64,000 nucleotides of DNA from the NCBI RefSeq assembly GCF_009914755.1, contig NC_060925.1, one strand, 5' to 3'. This DNA comes from the human T2T-CHM13v2.0 reference genome, Homo sapiens. The position numbers and the translations under genes are program-made. A model generated the notes under the pieces. It did not search any database and was not told the origin of the DNA. It saw only the letters and a program-made list of their open reading frames with translations. Position 1 is the first letter of the stretch, and every line of letters starts with the position of its first letter. Below are positions 44,987 through 61,279 of the stretch, in pieces.

Positions 44987-45791
44987 TGTATTCATTTCCT
45001 GTGGCTGCCATTATAAGTTATCAGACTAGGTGGCTTAAGACAGAAATTCATTCTCTCACAGTTCTGGATGCCAGAAATCTGAAACAAAGGTGCCAGCACG
45101 GTGGACTCCTTCTGGAGACTATGAGGGAGAATTTCTTCCATCCTTTTTTCCTAGCTTCTGGTGACTGCTGGGAATCCCAGCATTTTTTGACCTCTACGTA
45201 TATCACTGCAATTTCTCCTTTCTTCATAAGGTCTTTCTATGTTTCTCCTCTGTACCTGCATCTCTTATCTTTTATAGGAAACCTATCATTGGATTTAGTG
45301 GCCATCCTAATCCGTCATGATCTTGAGATCCTTACCTTAGTTACATCTAGAAAGGCCCTTACCAAATAAGGTCACATTCTGAGGTCTTAGGTAGACATAT
45401 ATTTTAGGGGGTGATATGGTTTTGCTGTGTCCCCACCCAAATCTCATCTTGAATTATAGCTCCTACAGTTCCTATGTGTCATGGGAGGGACCCAGTGGGA
45501 GGTAATTGAATCATGGGGGTGGGTCTTTCCTGTGCTGGTCTCATGATACTGAATAAGTCTCACGAGATTTCATTGTTTTATAAAGGGGTTTCCCCTGCAC
45601 AAGTTCTCTCTTGCCTGCCACCATGTAATATGTGACTTTCACCTTCTGCCATGATTGTGAGGCCTCCCCAGCCACATGTCACTGTGAGTTCATTAAACCT
45701 CTTTTTCTTTATAAATTACTCAGTCTTGAGTATGTCTTCTTTAGCAGTGTGAAAACGGACAAATACAGGCAACATTACTGAACTCACCACA
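44987..45791 (-). mobile_element. MLT1 MaLR LTR interrupted by THE1
   Basis: TG...CA ends; 5-bp TSD ggctg at 44982-44986 and 45792-45796. Confidence 0.85.
45412..45767 (+). mobile_element. THE1 (B/C-like) solo LTR
   Basis: tgatatggttttgctgtgtccccacccaaatctcatcttgaatt...aaataca. Confidence 0.9.
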
Positions 45792-47539
45792 GGCTGACAA
45801 TTTTATTACATAAGGGAAACCAAGACTGTGAGAGGTTAAATCATCCAAATCACAAAGCTATTAATGAAAGTGCCAGATTTGGAACACAGAGGACATGGCA
45901 TATCATATCTCTTGGGATGTTCTGAAGCAATGGAATACCCAATGCCTTGTTTTAGCAATAAATGGGTGTCTCAAGTTATGTGCTGTTCATCATAGATGAA
46001 GGAAAAATCTTAAAGTAAAAATTAAGCGGTAATGTCAAGACCAAGTCATCTCAATATACTTTTAGTTGCCCAGTTGCTTTCCACAGAATTTCCATTTAAT
46101 TTGTAGATGATTTTCTTTAAAGCTAAAGTCTCTGATAACACACTTCTTTTCCGATTATTTAATTACATTTATGTGACAGTCTTTTATCAAGTGCCTATTA
46201 TGTGTCGGACTGGTATAAAGATGTGTAAGACATAGCCTCTGTCGACAGAATGCTCACTATCTGGGGATAAGCTTGTGTCTAACGGACCATTGCTGTCCAG
46301 AACAGAGAGATGAGGGTAATAGAGAATGTTTGAAGTACCAAGAAGAGACAAAAATGGAGCCAGGAATTATGCCTAAAGACCAGAGGGCAGGGTTCAGGAA
46401 GTGAGCTTTAATGAAGTCTTGAAAGAAAAGTGGTGATTCCTCAGGGGGATAAGTAGGGAGAGGATTCTAGATCAAGAGAACAGCATGTGCAAAGGTATTT
46501 ATAAATAAGTGGGATGTTTTGTTTGCTGGGGTAAGGATTAATATCTATTAAAAGTTTGAGAAAGTAAGCAGAGACCATATTGTTACCAGCCTTGTGTACT
46601 AGAACAGGCATTCAGGTTTTATCCTAAGCCACTGATGAGCTTTAAGTAGGGTGAGGAGTGTCACAGGTGAGTTTGCACTTTAAAAAGACCCAGCAGCAGC
46701 GTGGAGAATATATAGGCAGAGGGCCAGTATGGAGACAAGAAGACCATTAAGAGACATTTGCAAGTTGTCAAAAGCTTAGAGTGATGGCACATATGGCATT
46801 GGGGATGGAGGGGTGGGATGAACTAGAAAACCATTTGTTGGCACCCATCCTGAATCCCCGCCAGGCTGAGTTCATGACTCCCTTTGTGTTCCCACAGCAC
46901 TTCTGCTGTGATGTATTGTTCACATATCACATCGCACCATATTTTTGGTTTACAAGTCTGCCCCCATCATTAATCATGGACTCCTTGAGACTGTGCCTTA
47001 TTCATCTTTGTTTCCCAGAACCTAACAGAGATGTCCAATAAATACATATTGATAGAATTTTTAATGAGGCAGAACCAACAATAATTGGTGATAAATTCAA
47101 TGTAGGAAGTAAGGAGGAAAGGGAGAGTCTCAAAAGAGGAAAAAGAGACTCCTAAGGCCTCACTTGTGTGGGCAGGGAGAAGGTGATGCCTATTACTATT
47201 ATTAGCCTATTACCAAGAAGTTTTTGATTGCTCTGGGCTTGGAGTTCTTTGAGGAAAGATACCTCATCAGACCCAGCTTGGTACTGAGTGTTGTAAATAC
47301 TTCATCAATTGTGTTAGGTTGAATTGCCTGCTGGATCAAAACTTACCATCTAATGGCTAAATATCCCTGGAGTGGGATTCAGGAGAATGAAGTTCTACCA
47401 CTCGTCCTGCTCTGCCAGCCACAAACTCTTTGCACTCAGACATGAGGTCCAGCCTCTCTGACTGGAGAGCCATGCTTGCAAGCCCAACTGCTTCAAACAC
47501 TACCTCCCACTGCAAGCTTTCCCTTGGGACCTCCCAGTA

Positions 47540-47830
47540 ATTTTTTCCAGCTTTATTGAGATATGATTGACAAATGAAAATTGTACATATTTAGGGTATA
47601 CAATGTAATGTTTTGATAAGTGTCTATACTATGAAATAATTAATACAACCAAGCAAGTTAACATATCCATCGCCTCAAGCAGTTACCATGTTTTTGTGAT
47701 GAGAATACTTGAGATCCACTTTCTTAGCAAACTTCAGGTATATGTGTTAATAACTATAGTCACTGTGTTGTATATTATTGGTCTCCAGTTCTCATTCATC
47801 CTTTAACTGAAGGTTTGTATTCTTAGTGCA
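47540..47830 (-). mobile_element. L1MA-like 3' end
   Basis: cagctttattgagatatgattgacaaatgaaaattgtacatattt. Confidence 0.8.
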
Positions 47831-48204
47831 GCCTAATTTGATATAATCTCTCCTCCTTCTGATCAGTCATAACCATGCCCCCTCCCACACACAACCCCTA
47901 TATCTCTTAAGATATTTTCATCACTCTACCTTGTATTATAGTTTAGGGTGAGCACATTCTGACTCCCTTCATAGATTAAAACTACCAGGAGCAGGATTCA
48001 TGGCAGATTCATTTGACAACAGTATGTAGCATACTGCTACATATTCAATAATTTGGCTAAATGAGTAAATGAATAAAACTCATTGAAAGGTGGGAAAAAT
48101 CCATCAGGAAAAATCCATCTGGAAGATTCCTCCTGGTTTTTATGTTACTTTGACAATTATTGCCTGATCTGCAGGGTGAGCTTGGCAGGAGGACTGGATG
48201 GGGT

Positions 48205-48735
48205 GCAAGAGGGCAGATTTCTGGGGGAAAAGGTCTCAGCTCTTCTTATAAGCCAGGGGATCCCATGAGAACATGGCAGTCACTTACCTGATGCCCCCTG
48301 CTCCCCATCTTAGAGAATAACTGGATAAGAATATGGCTCATTGAGTCTAGAAAATTATCAAAAAAGACATTCAGGATGGGCAGGTTGCTGGTTTCCTTAC
48401 AGCCTGCGTGAAGTTTCTCTTCGGCACTGAGAATACTCCCAGTTTTATAGCCTACACAAGCTTCTGGTTTCACTTGGTTGCATATTTCAGCACCCAATGA
48501 TCCAAAAGACTGATAAGGATTCCCTCAGTTGCTGGGGTCACATCCCCTGCCCACACCCAGTCCTGGCTGGAAATCTGCTGGGTCTCCGGAAAACTGCCTG
48601 CAGCACTGATCCACAAGCAGGGATCAGCACCTATGGGGGGTGGCGGACACTGTCTCAGGGTCCTTCTTGCTGTGAGGGCTCCCACTTGTAATCCACTAAA
48701 ATACTCAGGGCCTTGGTGACTCATGCCCGCATGAC
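48205..48735 (-). pseudogene. Two tandem decayed Myb/SANT-like domains (ZSCAN20/29/ZKSCAN2 type; copies 2 and 3)
   Basis: Repeat A: HAG/TKALSIL (from 48733, frameshifted) ... VDQCCRQFSG (48608). Repeat B: LHAGCKETSNLPILNVFFDNF..SHILIQLFSKMGSRGHQ..PPEICP. Compare VHWGYEETKTLLAIL, LEQCRTKFKG and PPETCP as remembered. Confidence 0.55.
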
Positions 48736-49527
48736 ATTTGCCTAATTAATTCTGCCTCTTAGATTCTCAGCTCTCTGGTCTGTGAAGGGGTGGCTGGGAG
48801 CTGCGGGGGAGTGGGATTTGCTGAAGCTGCAGGGGCAGAGCCAGTGGGAAAATGGAAAAGAGCACAGCCAGGGAAGAGACTTTCCGGGAGCAAGGCAAGT
48901 GGCTGGACCCCCTCAGCTATTCAGGGAACTTGTGGGGCCATCTTACATTTCTGCAGCTGTGCTGGGAAGACCTGGACAAAGCAAAGGACCTGAGGGGCCT
49001 GTGGGCAGGATGCCAGGGGAGGGGAAAGGGGGGATCCCCTCTTGGTGTTGATAGATATTGATACAGAGCACTCCTGGCAGCTAGCAAGGGCATTGCTGGG
49101 GCATTTGGTCAAGCTGAGGGACTGACATAACTACACTGCAAGGAGAGAGAGAGGAGAGGAGGCTTTCCTCTGGAGCTGCTGGCCAGAAGCATCATCTACT
49201 GCCTGCTGCTGTTCATTTGCGGGCATTGCAATGGGGCTAGTGATGTATCAGGATGCTGGGGAGGGATTTTAGGACTCAGAAAGCAGCAATATTTAAATTG
49301 TTATATACATTAGAATGGTATAGGAAGCTTGTAAATTGAAAACTCCTAGGCTCTGCCCCTCAGAGATTCACTGCTCATGTTACAAACTCCAGGGTGATTC
49401 TGATGCCAACAGTCCTCAGATCAGACCAGACACACCTACAGGGTGGGTTGGACCAAATGGCCATCCCATGATAACAGGCTGCCCTTCCAGAAGCACAGGT
49501 AGCTTACTTTAAAAGTGTCAATTGGGA

Positions 49528-54038
<4,511 letters not shown>

Positions 54039-54534
54039 AAAAGTGTCAATTATCTCTCCTTTCTTGTCCTTTCTCATACAGCAAAACCCCAACACCAGAT
54101 CTATCTAATTCTCCACCTTTTTAAACTCCTTGAGATACTGAATTTTGTCAGATAAACACGTATTCTTGGGCAGATTGGCGGCCCTCGAAGTGAGGGCCTT
54201 CAACTTGGCTCAGCCACGACCCAACCATCACACTGTGGTCCTGCCACCTCACTAACCTATTTTTAAGTCCATGCCCTCCACACTTTTGCCACTCTCCCCC
54301 GCCTGCCTAGACCACCTACCTGCCTCATTACCTGCAAATGGCTTTAACCTTCACATCAAGTAAAATAAAGGTTCTTGGGTTGGAAATCCACTACCTCCCA
54401 AACCTACCTAGCACCGCATCTGCATGAGTATCCACCCTGTCTTCTGATCTCAGGGAAGAGATCACAGTCCCTGTGCTTTGTCAGTGTCTTAATTATCTCC
54501 CCCCTCTCTCTATCATCTTTCCTTCATTGACTTT

Positions 54535-54844
<310 letters not shown>

Positions 54845-56106
54845 TGACAAATATACATGTCCAAGTCTAACTTAAAAAATTCTCCCTCATTCCTTTGCCC
54901 TTCTTTCACCACTCCATGACTTCTCTTCTGCTTTTTCAATGGGCAGTTTTACCACAACTGTCTCCACTTTTCACCTCCCGTTGAATCCTCTGTTTGTTAT
55001 ATTCCAAGTCCCACCACCTCCACTCTGAGGCTGCTCATCAAGATGGAAAATTATCTTCACTTGCCAAACACTATCTCATCTGACCTCTGGGCAACTCTTG
55101 AACCTGTTTGCGTCTCCCTCCTCAAACCTTTCTTTTTCACTGGCAGCACTGCCTACTGGTTTTCTTCCCACCTCTCTGTTGCCTCTCATTTTCCTTCCCA
55201 GGGTCCTTTCCTTTACCTGCCTCAGAAGAGCATTCCCTCCCTGGGTTTCTTTCTTAGCTCCTATTCTTACTCCATACACTCTCACAGCTTCAACTACCAC
55301 CCATAGCCTGATATCTCCCAAACTAGATCCCAAGCCCAGATCTGTTCTATGAGCCTTGAACAGTTCTATGCAACGATCTATTGGTTATCTCTACTCAGAT
55401 CTCTAACAGAGAGCTTTAACTCATGCCCAAAACAGAACTTACCACTCCTTTATCCCTGCCATTGATCAATTCCATTGTTACTATTTCTATATTTTGTAAC
55501 TCAGTGTTTCTCAAACTTTTTTACTTATTGTTATGTCTCACCTTGTCACCTTTTCAGAGGGTTCTCTACTACCTTATCTAAAATAGCAACCCTATTCTCA
55601 CCTTCCAACAATCTCCATCCCCTTATCCTGTGTTTTCTTCATAGAATGTATTGGAACCTAAACATTATTGTATATATTTGCTTTATTTTCTGTCTCTCCT
55701 ACTTAAAGGCTGTAAAAGACAGGGACTTTCATTCACCACAGCATCTCCTGCACCTAGAACAATGCCTGGGACATAAGGAATGAAAGTATGGGCTCAGAAT
55801 TATGCAGTGGACTCCACTGGGGTGATTTTAAAATACAGATTCAGAGGCCCCACTCCACCTCAGCCTCTAGGGTGAAGCCCAGGAAATGACATTTTCAAAA
55901 AGCTCACCAAGTTAGTTATTGTAGGAACTCTTTCCTAACAAGATGAATGTCACTGTCACCAATCTGCACATCCTAACTCATCATTCCCTCTTACTTTGCA
56001 GATCCGGTTATTCACCATGCCCTATTTTTCTCTCTCCTTGTCCCATCTAATGTTTCTGACATTACTTAGATGTGTACCCTCCCTATTTTCCAATGTCACT
56101 ACCTTC

Positions 56107-56835
56107 TGTGAAACAAAAATAAAATCCTAAGTTCCCTGACTGACTGAATGAACCCCTCTTGGCCAAGAAGACTCCAAAAAAACTTTTAAAACTAAATTTC
56201 TGGGCCATCACAGGACAGGAGGTTGGTCATGCCTCTCAGTACACCCTCCTTCCTTGCTAACTTGCCAGATTTTTTTCCTAAGAGTTAAATAGAAACCAGC
56301 CTTGGAAAACAAAGAGTGGAAAACTCAGTCCTCTGATGACTTCAGCCAACCACTTGATATTATGGCCAATTCCCCTCCCTTTTTGCAGTTTCCTGGTGAC
56401 ACTAATCAGTTTCACAAAGCATTCTTTCCTGGTAAATGACCATCAACCACAAATTAGGTCCAGCTGGTTTATGAAGCTTGTGCCCAACAAAGCACCTGTG
56501 TCCTAAATTTCACCTTTTGATGTATAGAGACTAATTTTACTGTATTTTAATGCTACGTCTCTACCCCAAACTGAACTTGGGATGTCTGTAACATGTATGT
56601 TTCCTTGCCATGCCTGCATGACCTCCCTTTATGAATATTCATAGCTCCTCCTAAAACCTGTTGAATATGTATATTTCCTGTTTGGCATAAAATTCCTGTT
56701 CTACCTTTCCTCCCCTCTAAGTGCCTGCTTTTGGTCTCAGCAGGAGGCTTCACTTCCCAGCCTGCAGGTTGCAACCCCTCAGAAGAAATAAAGTTCTCTT
56801 TTCCAAATTTTAGATCTCATGCTTTTAAGTCAATA
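56107..56835 (+). mobile_element. MER4-group ERV1 LTR
   Basis: tgtgaaacaaaaataaaatcctaag start; AATAAA near 56788. Confidence 0.7.
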
Positions 56836-57351
56836 CTTCATACCATTACTATTTTTTGTCAGCTATCTGGGCATGTTTCTAATCGATATCTCCATCTTTG
56901 ACCTGACATAATACATTTTTCTATGCTTCCCTCAGAGTAAATATCACACCACTTCCCTGTTAAAAATCTTGTATCCATTTCCTACTGCCTTTGAAATTAG
57001 GCCCAAATTCATGATTGTGTTCTGGCTACCACATAGCTCTCATGTCAGTCTTCCTGAATCAGCCTTGTCCTCTCTGCTCCAGTCAAACTGGACAACTTGC
57101 ATGGCCGTGTTTATCATCTCTCCTCCTAGCTGCACAGGTTTGTAGCTATTCTGTCTGGAATTCCCTTCCCTCTGCTTTTCCCTGTAGCCAACCCCAATAA
57201 GTCACACCCTCCCACTCAGGTATGGGTCTTCTCTCAGAACCAAACGCACTCCTAGGTCACAGCTGGATGAAGTGGTTTCTACCACTAGCTTGTAGGTCTC
57301 TTAGATGCAAAGTCTGTGCCTTTGAGCTCTGCATCCCCAGAGCCTACATAG

Positions 57352-57551
57352 GCAGGATCGTGCTGAAGCCAGCTTTCTCCAGCTTGGAAAAACCAATTGA
57401 GCAGCTCTCCCCAGTTTCCACATTTACTTTAGTAGCTTGTAATCAGCCATGGAGGGAGTATTTACACCACAGAAATTGGCAAATTATATAAATCAGGAAT
57501 TTTTTCCTTTCCTGGAGAGCTGGTTGTTAAATATTCACCAGCATATCCCTG
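57352..57551. mobile_element. MER63-like hAT DNA transposon
   Basis: gggagtatttacaccacagaaattggcaaa core; degenerate terminal inverted repeats. Confidence 0.65.
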
Positions 57552-57719
57552 CCTACAGAGCACCATGTCTAACACCAAATATGCACTCAATTCAATCAAT
57601 ATTTGCTGGATACATGAATGAACATATGAGCAAATAAAAGCTTTTGGGAGTCAAAATTGTCTTTTTGAGACTTGCAATTTCATGTTTTTTTCCTTGTATA
57701 ACACATTGCCCATTCATTC

Positions 57720-57960
57720 CCTCTTTTATAAAATCCTTCAATTGAAAAAAGAGATAGCTGTCATGTTTCCCCTTAATCTTCTATTTCTCATACTAGAGTT
57801 CCTCAGTTCCTTCAGCCATTCCTAAGGATACTCTTCACTCTGGCCATGTCCCTGGAAAGGCTCTGACATATCAGGGTTCCTTTTTAAAAACCATGGCTCC
57901 CAGATGTGACACATTCCCTTGGATGGCCTGACCAGTGCTGACGACAATGGACCCATGGAA
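57720..57960 (-). mobile_element. L3/CR1 3' remnant
   Basis: SALVRP.. and EWLKELRNSSMRNRRLRGNMTAI resemble CR1 [23 protein letters not shown]. Confidence 0.75.
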
Positions 57961-58329
57961 TTCCAGTAATTAGTGTTTGGTGCTTCTATCACTAAAGCTT
58001 TGGGTATGAGCTGTGCTCACACACACCTAAACTCACACAAATCCATCATACGCTTATGTACTAAGTGGATGTTGATACAAAATGTCATTTTCACAGACAG
58101 CCTTGTTAAATGTTGTTCTATATTTTTTCAGCCTCAATCTCTTAACCTATTAAGATGCTATTTAATCTTGATTCTATCATCTCTCAGTGTTTTTGTCTGC
58201 CCTGATGTCTGAATTTCAAATTATGCACCAGAGATTCTTGAGTAGGTAATAGAAGAGGAACCATGGGAAGGAAGGAAGCTAACATTGATCAAGGAATGCC
58301 TTCCTTATGCAAGGTATTAGGCAAGATAT

Positions 58330-58548
58330 TTATTATTATTATTTTTCAAGACAGGGCCTCCCTCTGTCACCCACATTGGAGTGCAGTGGCACGATCTCAG
58401 CTCACTGCAACTTCCACCTCCCAGGCTCAAGCAATCCTCCACCTTAGCCTTCTGAATAGCTGGGACCACAGGTGTGTGCCACCACACCCAGCTAATTTTG
58501 TGTGTGTATTTTTGGTAGAGATGGGGTTTCATCATGTTGCCCAGACTG
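58330..58548 (-). mobile_element. 5'-truncated AluJ-like element
   Basis: Antisense right arm plus part of the left arm; aag(a/g)tattt flanks. Confidence 0.88.
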
Positions 58549-59729
58549 AAGGTATTTCCATATATTTTACCTCCTTTAATTCTAGTGACAACCTACAAGG
58601 AAAGCATTGATAGTAACATTTAAACAGATTAAAACTCCCCAGTGCCACACAGAGTGAAAGTGCCCTTGATCGGAGTGAAGCTGTTTGTAAGCTGGAGGTG
58701 GAATCAGATCCCATGTTTATCTGAGTCTACACTTTGTGTGCACCATTGCACTGCTTCCCAGAAAACATTACCAATAGCTAAGGTTAGCATTAATGAAGTG
58801 CTTTCATAATGACTTCTTTATAGAACACCTACAATGTTATGAGGGAGTTTCTACTCCCTCTTTTTAAAAGACTTACTTCTTTGGCCAAGTTCAGATAATC
58901 TCCATAGAGTGGCCAAGGAATGGCCCATGCTGCCTGACCATAAGATAGAATGCCAACAGGCAAACCATTGCTGCCCTCTAGCCATGAGAGCAGTAATAAA
59001 ATCAACATTATTTCATAGCCTGTGTTGGGCACTGAGATGCCAAACTCTGTGTGAAGCTTGCTATTTACATGTTCTTGATCACTTTCATAATCAGCCTATG
59101 AGGCAGGTGTTCCTATTTTCAAAGTGTGGAAACTAACACCTTGAGAGGTGAGTTCACCTGCCTAGGATCATGGTTAATAAGAGGCAGAGTTGGGCCTTAT
59201 TAACTTCTATGCCCCATTCTCATCCATGACAGTTGATGGGAAAGAATCACCTGAAGGAGTACAAAAGCCCAGATTGTCTCATAGGCCACTGGAAAAATTC
59301 CTGGCCTTGCTTGACCTTTTCTCCAAGACTCTCTGGGTTTTCTAAGGGTAATCACATATTTGCAATTCAGTGATGTCCAGATCCATGTCCAAATTCCATT
59401 TATTGTTTAAATTTATCGTAAAGAAGAAGGAAAATAAGCAAATGAAGAGGAGACAAGGGAGGATTTGTGCCTGTCCATTTTAGAACTGCCATTCCCCCCA
59501 CTCCCATATGTTGCCATTCTGGCTATGAAAGTCAAGTTTCTTCCAGCATGTGCATATCTGTATATGTCAAAATGGTCAATCATCCAGGCCTACAAGGCTG
59601 CCTGGATTATATGTCAGCATTTAACATCATATCAATGACCCAAATAGGCCAACAGATTCCTGACAGGTTTATTTCCCCCAGAGAGAGGTATAAACACACC
59701 CATTCCTAAGAAAATAGTATCTTTTTTTT

Positions 59730-59955
59730 TCTTTACTTATTCTCTCTTAGATTCTTTCTCCTGCCTGAACAGGTCCTGACTAAACATTGTCACCACGATG
59801 AATGGTGAGGTGTCATGCAGAGAGAAGTGCCATAATGCAGACGGCATTAGCTGCAAATGGGAGCATGAGATCTTAAGACAACACTTCTGAAGCCAGAATA
59901 GCTAAGAAGAGAGAAGTACTCCTAAGACTTGGGTGTTTGGTCCAGACATGATCCT
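59730..59955 (-). pseudogene. Decayed Myb/SANT-like domain (copy 1)
   Basis: STSLFLAILASEVLS*DL..N..HRG (FLAIL 59908-59894) resembles ETKTFLAILSESPFSEKL..N..ARG. Confidence 0.5.
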
Positions 59956-60425
59956 TTTAGCTCAATGTCATTCCATTCTCCTCTCACCCATCAGATTGGA
60001 TGTACCTAATTGGTCTCCAGGTGTGTTTTTGCTGTCTCTTGTCTCTGATTCTGCCCTATAGCCTGCCACTGCCTATTAATGCTGCCTGGAATTATGCCCC
60101 TCCAAGCTTCCTTTCCCTCTGAAGACCTTCCTAACTTAGTGTACCTTCCAGAGGTTCAGGCTACTATCCCAGGCCACCTTTCCACAACCTAGAGTCTCCA
60201 ACTGAAAGAACAGGGTCCAACTTATTGACACAGTTGCTGGATGGCTTCTTGGTCACTGACCTGAGTTGTATTTCTTGAACCTGCCTGTTGAGGAAGAGGC
60301 AGAGTTACTGACCAACTCAGAGCAAGGAGGGTGTCCTACTATATTATTTTTAGCTAGATTCTTAGCAGGGAGATCTGAAGCCAAGACCCCTGTCTATGTC
60401 ACTGCAGACCAAACCTTATAAGCTG

Positions 60426-60480
60426 CCAAGGCTCTTCAACACAGCCCAGCTTTGAATGGCCTTGCCTTTGGAAATATGGC
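60426..60480 (-). pseudogene. KRAB-B-box-like exon start
   Basis: After an AG ending at 60481: G-HISKGKAI/SKLGCVEEPW (one frameshift), versus consensus [20 protein letters not shown]. Confidence 0.55.
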
Positions 60481-60643
60481 CTTTATTAGAATGAACTAGG
60501 TGTGTTTTAGGGACAAGGAACATTCAAGGAGGCTTGAGAAGATGCAACACCCACTCTTTCACACTCTACTTCCCATACATGAGAGATGATGATCATAAAC
60601 ACCATCCCTCCAGGGCCAGGACACCATGCTTATCCTAACTTAC

Positions 60644-60745
60644 AGACAAAAACAATTCAATTTATGCCTGTTCCAAGGACACGCTTAGTTTCAATGCCCT
60701 TAGTTTTAATACCCTGTTCCTGAGGGAGGTGACTAAGCCCAATTC
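60644..60745 (-). pseudogene. KRAB-A-box-like exon remnant
   Basis: RALKLSVSLE (60700-60671) has the spacing of RALYRDVMLE; GTAAGT donor at 60643-60638; about 160 nt of intron to the KRAB-B-like segment. Confidence 0.4.
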
Positions 60746-61279
60746 ATGTCCCAGGTTTGAAGGATATCGCTTAGGAAAGGTTCAGTCTGCAATTCCACTC
60801 CTCACCATTCCTAAGAATGATGAAATAGGATCTAGGAAAATACCCTCACATTTAGGGGCTTCCTGCTGGCAGGACAACTGAGCCACTCATTCCTTTGCAG
60901 TTGAGTCTGCTTATAGAAAATACCATTCAATTTCTGCTCAATTCAACATCCATGTATTGAAAATTTAAGTACCTGGTTCTGTGCTAGATCCTGAAGATGT
61001 AAAAATAGATAACAGGACTACTTCACTCAAGCAGTTTATCGTCCAGTAAGAAGACCCAAACTTCTTATGTAATCATGTTACATATGCAACTAAATAAGTA
61101 TGTACAAGGTTCAGATACAGAAGTGCTATAAAGAAGGAAGCCATTGATCCTACAGGTGTGGGGGCAGTCAAGTGTCCTAACAGGAGATCATGCCACACAC
61201 AAATTTGAAAAATAGCTGTGTACTTCCTATTCGAGTTAGTGGAATGAATGCACATTATCCCCACTATCTCCTGAAACCT

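Noticed and set aside
48221-48287. 67-nt GT-AG intron candidate inside Myb-like copy 3
   Set aside because: Very short, and domain similarity appears to run through it; unresolved, so not called.
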